Assembly (NCBI RefSeq): GCF_006345805.1
Contig: NC_043016.1
Coordinates: 19,902,001-19,966,000 of the forward strand
DNA: 64,000 bases
Source: Octopus sinensis
Taxonomy: Eukaryota
Direction: 5' to 3'
The position numbers and the translations under genes were made by a program. The notes below the pieces were generated by a model. That model did not search any database. It was not told the DNA's origin and saw only the letters and a list, made by a program, of their open reading frames with translations. Below, piece by piece: positions 24,715-36,700 of the stretch; the first letter of the stretch is position 1, and every line of letters begins with the position of its first letter.

Positions 24715-27700
24715 GTTTGTATTGATTGTGGTTTTAAAATTTATAAAATTAAATTTACCGTAATGAATTGTTTATATTGTATCATAATATATGATATATT
24801 GGAATCTACTATAATATGTATTGTGAAGTGAAGATTACTCTAAATCTAATGATATTGTTATTATTGATAAGTATAATAATAATAATAATAATATTAGTAA
24901 TAATTAAATATTGTTTATGTAGTCATGAGCATGGACGTATGTATATGTTCCAGTATATATGTATATGACGAATGGTCTATTTGCTTGGACCTATTGTTTA
25001 ATTGTGCTTATTTATGTATTTATACACATGTAAAGGTCTATATACTTTGCTTATGTATGTATATATATGTGTGTGTGTGTGTGTATGTGTATATGGTTAG
25101 TTGTTTATATTTATATATATTAAATTGTACGTGTATCCTGTTTCATGTATTTATATTTTAAAAGTTCTTTATAATCTCTGACAAGGTCTATGGTTATATA
25201 TAAGTACCGTAACTTTAAATGCCTACAACCTCAATATAATTGACAAGTATAGGCACGGGGGAAAAAAACTACTTTTATCCATAGGCTGAAACAGCTGTAA
25301 GCGTGATTTTAATGATTTCAATAATTTATATTAAGATTTTTATAATTGTATTCTTATCTTATATGTATTGAATTATAATGTATAGATGTATGTTATTAAG
25401 GTTCTCGTTTTTGTTAAATGAATAAATAAATAAGTCAACAGTCTGACTATTACTTTAATTAACCACAAAAAAGGTGAGAGGTTTCCCAAGGTAGTATTTG
25501 AACTCAGAACATTAAAAAATTGCTAATGCATGTTGTCAATCTACCAAATTATGCACTTTTATTTTAAGAGATTCATTACAAACATATAAAGCAGCAGCCA
25601 GTGACCTTTTTTGCACCACAGACCAAGGTAATGCACATAACAATACACAAAGTGAAGAACATAATTTAATACTCAACATATATAATACATATACATATAA
25701 AGATAAGATCCAAGGATCAGAGAGTAGAAAGATAGTAAGCTTCAAGAATTCCATAGACGGTATAAAAAAAAAACAACTTTCAGGAACAATAGTGGTTTAT
25801 TGACATTGAAGGTTGTAAATTTTACCCATATCAAAGTTCGATAAGTTATTTTATAGCTTGTGGTTAGCAGCTGGGGTTTTTGTGTATGCGAATAAGAATC
25901 CAAGATTAGGGAATGGAGTAGAGAGAATCCAGGCTACATAGGTTTCATAGCTTGCAAAACCCCTCTGCAGACTGTGACACTTCATTAAATTGAAGTGGAA
26001 TTTTAAAATTTATTCATTCTGTGTAACTTGTTACTGGATGGCAACCAAGTAATAGCTGGAGGCCCCTGATTCCTGCTTATATATAATTTTTTGTAATTTT
26101 CAAAAACAGATTACATATATTCATTGGATCAATTTCATTTACTAGTACAATCTTTTAAAGATTTCAATTTCATTACACCTTTTTTTTTGTGGGGTAACAA
26201 TTGCCTAATTATTATTGAATAAAACATGGCCTATCATACCTGTGTGTTTTCATCTTGAAATCCTTCTAAGAAACTTTCCAGAAGTTCATCTGCATTATCA
26301 ATACGCTCAGCATATTCTCCAATGATCCAAATCATGGATGCTCTATAATTAAAACAGATACATTAGCAAGCAACAACTTGATGATGATGATGATAATGAT
26401 GATGAACTTATTGTATACAGTACGCAGATGCACTACAACTCATCAGAATAAAGTAAGCTAAACTGCATGAACAGTATATAAAATATGCACAGGAAGTGAA
26501 CAATGGAAAAGTCTTTAAAATAAAAAAAACTTCATAAATCTCAAGATTGTCATAAAAATTTCTTGCATCAATTAGAAGCTAGACGAGATATTTTTGCTTC
26601 TTTTATTCTTTTTACTGGTTTCAGACTGTGAACATGCTGGAGCAATATCAGTAGTTATGACTGTTTTATTAATTAGGCATCCACATGGTTAAGAGGTCTG
26701 GTTTTCAACCACATGGTTGCTGTTTTGATCTTTAAGGTTGGAACTTTGAGCTATTGTCCTCTATCATAGCCACTTGTCAATGAAAGTCTTGTGAGTTAAT
26801 TTTAGGAGACAGAAAAGTGTGAACAAGACATGTGTGTGTGTGTTTTATTTTATTGTTTGCTCCTTCTCAAGCCATACGTGGCTCATAAGGGCCAGTTTCT
26901 TGGTTTCCATGGCGTATAGGTTCCCCCCCTGGACGGGACGCCAGTCCGTCGCAGGTGAGCTGCAAGAGGAAGGAGGAAAGAGTGAGAGAAAGTTGTGGCG
27001 AAAGAGTCAGCAGAAGTTCACCATTAACTTCTGCTGGAGCCACGTGGAGCGTAGGTGTTTCGCTCATAAACACACACACACATTGCCTGGTCTGAGATTC
27101 GAAATCGCGATCCCTCGACCGCGAGTCCACTGCTCTAACCACTAGGCCATGTGCCACACACCTGTGTGTGTAGACCAAACAAAAATACCTTGTGAAATTT
27201 AAGTATTGAGTTACATCCCTTCCATCAAGGCACACTATTTGATCATTAGTACCAGACAAATTATTGTTGATTGATGTAATTGGTTAAAGCCCTTAAAGGC
27301 AGTACTCCAGTAAAGGCTGAAACCAATATCACAAGTTATGAAATCTGATTTCATCAGAAGCTTTCGGTGCCAATGAAAAGGTTTATTCTTAAATCTCCAA
27401 ATCTTTGATAGAATATTTCATTCAATCAATACATCATACATGCTAAAGAAGACATTAAACGATAATGATGATGTGGCTTAAAAGATAATCAAAATTCAAA
27501 TAATGTTCAATAATATCAAATATTATTTGTTTCAAACAAAAGAAATATTATAGATTTTGCCTCATTCTGTATAAATGAATAACAACAATAATAATGAAAA
27601 AAAAAGCCAAGTAATATGTTTCATCTAAAGTTATCAGCTTGCATCAAAAATCTTCCTCATCATTTTATCTCAACATTGATTATCAAGAACCAATAAAGTG

Positions 27701-30700
27701 GGAAACCAGGCTGCTTACCTTGCCTCTGGTTCATCAAGGGTGTCCAAGTTTTCACACAGGGTAGCAATTATACTTTCGTATTTGTTGGGATACTTTCGGA
27801 AAATATCCTTACAAAAGAAAAAAAATGAGAAGTTTAAGAATCACTTGTAAAATTAGAAACTCAAATGTAAAAATTTGCCTTTTACAGCTTTTCAATAAAT
27901 GTTTTTATTTAAGCATTTATACTGTTATCCAGCCATTTATGACACTTTCAATCACTCCAGTTATAAACAAGACCACATATATATATATATATATGGAGAT
28001 TAAAAAAAAAAAATCAAAAAGGATTGAATATTATCCGAAAATTATATTAGTACTAAGCAAACTGAAATAATGTTTATCATTTGTTTTTATACCTTGATGA
28101 CAACAATAGCTTCTTGAACAACATAGTTAACTTTAGTTTGGATCAAGTCAAGCAGCGTGCTAACACATCGCTCAGCAGCCTGTTCGACTTTGATAGCACA
28201 TCGACCAATGGCTCTGACAGATTTACGTACAAAGTCCACATCAACCTCAGTGGCATACCTATAAAAAAAAAAAGAAAGCAAAAAAAATAAGAATGAAAAG
28301 AAACATTACATTTTTTTTGGACTAAATAAAATTGCACAAATATTTTAGAAAAAAATAAACATTGATATATTTTAAGTGAGGCTGTGCAATTTGAGTAGGA
28401 AAAATACAAGATTTTTTTTTTTTTTTTTTTTTAAAAGCATATGTTAATCAGGTTCTTTTGGCCAAATTTACATCTTTCACCAATACACATCAACAAAAGA
28501 TAGCTACAACACGCAATCATTTAATATTTGCTTTTCCAAGCTTGCATGCACTGGTTGGAATTTTTCAAACGTGCCGGTGGCACGTAAAAAGCACCATATG
28601 ATCGTGGCTGTTGCCAGCCTTCCCTGGCACGTAAAAAGCACCCACTACACTCATGGAGTGGTTGGTGTTAGGAAGGGCATCCAGCTGTAGAAACACTGCC
28701 AGATCAGACTGGAACCTGGTACAGCCTCTTGGTTCCCAGACCCCAATTGAACCGTCCAACCTATGCTAGCATGGAAAACGGACGTTAAATGATAATGATG
28801 ATAGCATTCAGACATTTGTTGAAATCAGCTCATTTGGGAGACTATGTCTAATGAGATTATATTTCACCATTTCTTTCAATGTTTTCCTTGGTCTTCCTCT
28901 TCCACAGGTTCCTGCCATTTGGATTGCTTGGCACTTCTTTACTGAACTGTCATTCTTCATATCCATCACATGTTTGTGTCAGTTTATGCTTCTGTCTTGC
29001 ACACTACAACTAATTACTCTTACACCCTGTTCATCTCTTAAGTCTTTTGTGGACTGTCTTTCATCATCATCATCATTGTTCAACCGTGGTCGAGACAATG
29101 GAATTTACCATGCTACGCCAGACTTCACAGTCCATCATGGCATTACGGAAGTCCTGTTGCTGGATGCCTGTATCCCTGGAGATTACATCAGAGTAGGAGA
29201 GTGTGCGCCCTCTGATATTGTGAGTAGATGGCTTCCAGAGGAGAAGAGTAGAAATAACCTCGTTTTCAGCTCTACAACAATGTCCAACACACTGGACTCT
29301 CCTACCTTTCACAAGAGATGACACAGGTGGTAGCTTCCCATATATTTGCATTTTCGTTGGATGGCGCTTCCACGAGAGATTTTGAGCTCTCATAAGGAGG
29401 CGAGTGTAGGTTCCATCCAACCACCTCTCAAGCTTCTTTGATAACATCCAGGTTTCTGAGCCATATAGTAGAATTGTCTTTCATACACACTAATATTATG
29501 CGTGTTTGCCTTGTTTCTTTCCAACCATTGCACATCTTTCACATTCAATACCCATGTTTCACTGCCATGCAGCATCATACTTTACACACGAGCATCATAC
29601 AATATATCCACCAATCAGAGAGATAATCCATTTGTTGCGAGCAGAATTAATAGCTCCAATTTTTTAGGGCCAGTTGCTATGCTTTCGGAATGCCCTATTC
29701 TACTGCTAATTATGTTATCTTGGTAACAGAAATTATCAAATATTTCTAAGGAAGCTTCCAAACATCTAAAAGAAGTTATTTCACACACAGACACGCAACA
29801 GGCTTTTACACAGCTTCCATCTGTGAAATAGCACTTACAAGGAATTTGTCAACCTAAAGTTCTTGTAGATGCTCAGGGCACCAAGTGGTGGGATCAAACC
29901 AGAAACCACATGGTTGCGAAGCAAACTTTATAACTGTCCGGCCATGCCTTACCATTAGTATATTTCCTATTTATAAGTGCTTATCATTTTCAAAAAAAAA
30001 AATCAAACAAGACAGAGTCAAAAACAATTTATATTGATTATAAAGAAATGAATTTACTCACTCTTTGAGTTCAGAGAGAACTTGGACAATGTTGGAATGA
30101 TTGGTCAAACGAATCATTATGTCGAGTTTCTCCAGTTTGACGTAAATAGGATCATTATACTTCACAAAAAACACTTTCATTTCATGTTTTAATATATCAG
30201 GTCTGAAACAAAGATGGACATATATTGTTGAGGGGTTTTCTTTTTAATAAAATGCTGAACTATTATAAAATCAAAAGGTAAAAAAAAAAAAAACGCTTTT
30301 CTTTGCTTTAAATATCTTACCTCTTCTGCACAATAAGATTTATATTACGTAAAGCAACATATTGAATTTCTGGCTCAGCTGAAAGTAAAGTGACCAATGG
30401 AGGAGCCAGTTTTTTAACCAACATATTGATATATTCACTTTGAGGTTCCATCATTTCCATAAATTTCATTATCACCTAAAATTTAAAAAACAAACAAAAG
30501 AAATTAATAGAAAATACTAACAAATAATATCTTCTATACATAAAAAAAGGAATAGATATAAATTAAAAGAAGTCTGTCAGGTATGTGTGTGTGTGTGTGT
30601 GTGTGTGTGTTCGTCCCACCACTGCTTCCCAGCCAGTGACGTTATGTTTACAACCTGTAACTTAATGGTTCAGCAAAACAAACTGACAGAATAAGTAGCA

Positions 30701-33700
30701 GGTTAAAAAAAAAAAAGTACTGGGGTCAATTTATTCATTCAACTAAAAACTCTTCAAGGTGGTGCTCCAGCTTGGCTGGAGCCTAATGACTAAAACAAGT
30801 AAAAAAAAACATAAAAGATATCTGTGGGGACTATATTTTATGGTGCAAGTAAAAGAGAGGATTTGAACTCTAGTGTTACGTAGGGTATCTTCTATCAACA
30901 CTTGTGCAAGTGTCAGCAAACTGGCACTTCGTTGATTGCAACAAGGGTTCCAGCTGACCCAATCAATGGAACAACCTACTCGTGAAATTAATGTGGAAGT
31001 AACTGAGCACTCCCACAGACATGTGTACCCTTAATGTAGTTCTCAAGGAGATTCAGTGTGACACACAATGTAACAAGGCCGGACCTTTGAGTACCAGGTA
31101 CAACACATTTTTGCCAGCTAAGTGGACTGGAGCAACATGAAATAAAGTGTCTTGCTCAAGGACACAATGCACCACCGGGAATTGAACCTACGACCTTACA
31201 ATCGTGAGCCAAATACCCTAACCACTAAGCCACACCTTCACATACCAGCTAACTGAGTGTATAGAAGTGGACAGTTTTCCTTAAAGGAAAGCATTCCATA
31301 CAAACTGAAATTCCAGGAATAATTTATGAATCATGAAGTATAATACAATAAATCTAAGAATGGAGATTACAGGATTGCATTTATTCCTTCATTATGATCA
31401 TTTCAAGAGTACATGGTTCAGAGACACCACGTTGATTCTGAACCATGTATTCTTGAAACAATAAATGCAATACAATAACATCTCATTGTTGGACTTACTA
31501 CATATACAGAAACAACGGAGCATAAATAGTGCATGGATAAAAAATGAACTGAAGACAGTCTAGTAGATGTTAGTGTACTCTTACAAATAAAGCTGAGAAA
31601 GTGATTGAGAGAAAATGACTGTTTCAATGACAGACAATGATCTATTTCTTTATTACCCACAAGGGGCTAAACATAGAGGGGACAAACAAGGACAGACATA
31701 GGTATTAAGTCGATTACATCAACCCCAGTGCGTAACTGGTACTTAATTTATCGACCCCGAAAAGATGAAAGGTAAAGTTGACATCGGCGGAATTTGAACT
31801 CAACGTAATGGCAGACGAAATACCGCTAAGCATTTCGCTCGACGTGCTAACGTTTCTGCCAGCTCTCCGCCTAAATGACAGACAATGATCTACAAGATAC
31901 ACAACCTTGCTTGATGTTGTTTTTGTTTAACATCCAGATCAGCTATGATTAACAGCCCTATGGTCCAAAGGCATTTAGATCTTGACTGTTCCAGTCTTAT
32001 TTTGTGGAATATTGTACTCACAACTACATTATCTAATAAGTTGATTTTTAAGAAAGTGAAATGAAATGCAGTCTGAGGGGGAAAATTCAATGCCTTTTTT
32101 TTTTGCTAGTAAGTCAAACAACTATGTAGATGTATTTTGGTTGGTTTGACTATGATGATGTCTACTTATAATGTAATAGATGTTATCTATTGTATCCAGA
32201 TGAATGAAAGACAGAGAATATGTAATCAGGTCTGATATCGAGAAAGGTGCACTCTAAGACAATTATGGATGAATACATGTCAAGATGGCTTTTTTTTTTA
32301 TTATTTATGGCTTGGCCAGAATAGGAAAGAACAATGCCCATCAGATTTTCCATACCACTAGGACTAGTTGAGAGACAGGAAGGAAATTACATCAAGCCAG
32401 CAACTTGGTATGAATTTTGATGATGATGAATATTCTACAAAAGGCACTCAAGGGTCAGGTGGTGGTGGTGGTGCTAAATGGAGTGATAAAATTAAGTTAA
32501 TTACCAAAAAATTAAGGGCAGCCCATTCGACAGACTCCCAAATAATTTTTGTTAATTACACTGAGTAAAGAACACTCAATTATAAACAATGACGGCATAA
32601 TTAAAAACTTAATTTTTCACTCTTTTTAAAAGAAACATTTTTTAAAATAGGAAAACTAAAGAGGTACAATATATTTATAAAATCCAATATGATAGACTCT
32701 GAAATGTTTCAACAATATGTAGACTTTAAAAGAAACTTACTCTGACAGCAGACAATACAACAGCTGCATTAGCATGGGCAAGTCTTGGAGTAACTCTTTC
32801 ACAAATACTGAAATAATCAAAGAATTTGAAAAAAGAAAAGGTAAATTTCATTAATCCTCAAAATCAGCAACTGTAGAAAAATAACTAAAAAGTTTACAAA
32901 ATGAAAAGAAATACCAAATATTTTTTATCCTTGAATAGATTTAGGTGTGCATGCTTAGTCTTCAGCTACTTAAATTTAAAACTGTATACAGCTATGGTAC
33001 AACCACACTTGCAATTCGCATCATCAGTTTGGAACCCCTATCTTGCTCAGAACATTGACCTCCTGGAATCTGTCCAGAGACGTGCAACCAAACGCATACC
33101 CTCCATCAGACACCTACCATATTCTGAACGCCTTGTTTCCCTGGGCATGGATTCACTGGAGCTCCGGCGTCTGGCAACGGACTTGGTAAACACCCACAAA
33201 GTTATCGACCACCTCACCAACAACAACAATGAACACCTTTTTGATCTCCATGTGTCTAACACACGTGGACATGCCTACAAAGTCAGAAAACAACACAGCT
33301 CCCATGACTTTCGGAAACATTTTTTCACGCTCAGAGTTGCTGAAGCATGGAATAAACTGCCTGCGTCAGTTGTTGACTGCCATGACACTGCATCCTTTAA
33401 GGCTCTCATGCTTTCTAAAATCTGCCAAAACTACACCTGATTATATATACACTTTAGATGAGTTGTAGTGCACCTGAGCACTGTACACAATAATAATAAT
33501 TATTATTATTATTATTATATTTAACTTGTTCCTCTTTCCCACCTTTCTTGAACTTTCACTTTTTTTTTAAACCTTGCTTGAGACATTGCATTTTTCTTAC
33601 TTCTATCGCCCCAATTCATAACTTTTCTCTCGTCTGTTCATTTTGCAACCCAGATTTCTGACCTTCTCACATTGTCTCTCCTCCATCTCACATTTTCATT

Positions 33701-36700
33701 TCAATTCCTCAGCCCATTTAAAAAAGGACTTTTTTTTTCATACTTTTAATGAAAGGTAAGGTCTGAAACTAATAGATTCAACATAGCTTTTAGCATTAAA
33801 TCCATTCAAATGTCTACCCTACCTACTTATAAAATACAGATTTCCAGTTTTAAAATAAATACATGCATGACTGAAAGCAATGACTAAAAATAGGTTAGCA
33901 AGAAGGAAAAGCATCCAACCATGAAGTTCTATCATGAGAATAGAGCTATGATGAATGAGACTGTGAGGGGCCCACAAGGCCTTACTGGGTAAAAAATGGC
34001 CTCAGAATCATTTGTAACCTTAGAACCATTTCACAAATTCTGAGGAAGATTATAATAGATTGAATTGACTTTTTCTATTACCAAAAGTGAAGTCAAACGT
34101 GATGGGATTCGGTCCCAGCATCTAATTGCACAAGATTCAATACCAGAAGACAATCAGTCTAGCAATTCACTATTCTAGCAATGTTCATATTAAAAACTGG
34201 GTTTATTTATACACACATTTTTGTGGCTGGGTGTGTATTTAGAAGTAAAGTAAGAATTCAATGCGAGATTCAAATTAACGTTGAATTGTCTTTTACACTG
34301 GAAAGTATTTTATTAATAAAAACCATAAAGAAAAGAATGATTTACCTTTGAGCTTCTCTCTCATCTTTTGGTGTAAAGTTGGAAATCGAATCAAGGATAA
34401 ACACTTGACCCCATCTGTTAACAAAAAAATAAATAAATAAATAAACAAAAAAAAACAAAAAAACATTTAAATTATATGTTATGTTGATGATGGCAGTCTC
34501 TCATAACCCAAGAAAGAATGTTCTGCAATTTCTTACTAAAAGACTACATATGATATGATTAAATGCTTCAGCTGCACAGCTTCACGGTGTACAAAACATC
34601 AGATGTTGAAGTGTCTCAGAGCAACAGGCAATGAAGCATTGTGCTCAGGGACACACAATACACCCACATAGTCCAAGAAATGGGACCAAGATTTTGTAAT
34701 CATGAGTGCAACACACAAACCACTAGGCCATGCACACTCACAAATTACATGTAATATATATTATGAAGCAATATAGTCAATAATTAAAATGCTTAAAAAT
34801 GTAATTTTAAGAAATCTATAGATTAAAAAAAAATACTATTCACAACTGTATCTATTCTGTGACCTCACCTCCACCAAAAAAAAAAAGATTTCTTTCTCTT
34901 TAATTTTTAGCATTGATTCATGGAAGCACGTATTTTAGAAACCCATAATATAAATTGAAGAAAAATCCAAATTGAATTGTACTGAATCCTATTTTTTGCC
35001 CTTGTTTTCATACTAAAAATTCTTCAGTTACCTTGTCCTTTGTTAGTGGGTTTTTTTTTTCAACTGATTCAAAAATGCTTTTTGTAAGAGTTGCAAATTT
35101 GTAAATACAAACATACATATTTTAGAGGCTCTGAGGAAGCTATAAGGTGATGCACAAACACTCAGCACATTACATCCTATAACAGAAACAACTGTAAGCT
35201 AATGAAGCTGATTATGTAATTCCTGTTCCCTCGTCATATCTCTAACTCCATATGCTCTGTACTTGCTTAACCCATTATTTTGAAGTACATGTACATTGGG
35301 TTCTAACAGCAGGTTATAAGTATCACTATGCCTAAGCAAAATCCTAATACACACACACATTGAAAACACAACTGTGATCTACTTTTATTTTTAATTAAAA
35401 TGGAGTTTTTTTCCATATTTCATCATGAAGTATTACAGTATGAAAAAACAAAAAATCAGACATGTCAAGTTTTTTTAAGTAACATTTTTTAAAAACCTCT
35501 GTTTCTCTCACACAATCATATTAAATGTCTAACATAGTACTTACTCTGTACACTCATTGAGAGCAGTCAAAAGCTTGTTAATAGTATTGGAGGTCATTTC
35601 TAATACTTGTTGAGCACTTGGTGAAGCATCTAGAATCTCAGATATGGCAGCCACTGCGTTGGCAACAACCTTGAGGAGGGGACAAAAAAAAAAGAAACAA
35701 ACAAACATATCTTTATATATAAAACTGAAGTTGTGTGTGTGAGAGTCTGTCTACTGCGATTTAGATTCCTAACTACTCCCACATTTTGCGGTGCAGTTTA
35801 ACCAAAAGCGGATATCTTATAGTCGTGATTCATATCGAGCCCTTCTGGGTATTAGCACGTGTCTACGATGAGTCTACGATTTAAAAAAAAAATTACCATT
35901 ATTTTTTCGTTTTTTAATGCATTTTTTACTCGGTTTTATATAAGGGAAGTAACTCTCTAAAAATGCTTATATAGTTATTTCCTTTACAAACCCGAGCAAC
36001 GCCGGGCGATACTGCTAGTTACATATAATTTTTGTTGTCTTTTATTTGCTTAAATCATAGTTGCATGGTTTCGGGGTGTAGGGTACCTTGGGCAAACATT
36101 TACTATAGTGTCAAGCCAACCACTGCATGGAAACTTGTCATGCACTGAATGTGTGTGTGCACACACTCACACACACACACATTTGTATATACATATACAC
36201 AGAGACTTATTCATACAGGATTGTTTCTATTCTTTGCATACATCCAGGCTGTTTATTGTTTAATGGACTGGGAAACTATTATCTCACTTGCAAACATATA
36301 GGTGATTAACAACATGAAGGGTGTCCTGCTATAGAAAATCTGCCCCAACATATCCTTGTCTGACCCATTCACCATCATGATCATTGCTTTAACATACATA
36401 TTTCCATGCTTGCATGGGTCAGACTGAGATAACTGAGGTAGATTTCCTATGGCTGGGTGCCTTTCCAGTCACCTACACCCAAAGCAAGGTAATATTTCCC
36501 TATGGCCAGACATGTTTTTTTGTAGGATATCTCTATATATATAAACGGCAAAATGTCTGTCTATATGTGTGTGTGTGTCCTTTATACAAATCCACAATTT
36601 TTCAGTTAGAGGGCTCACACTTTCTATGGTCATTCAAAACCGTCCAAGGGTGATCATGCATATCTTTACATTTCCCCAGTCACCCCACAAAGCCATTAAA

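Noticed and set aside
27085-27153. tRNA gene (also the heads at 31790-31873, 41121-41190 and 62255-62320)
   Set aside because: A/B boxes are present but continue into SINE bodies; I could not build a complete cloverleaf.
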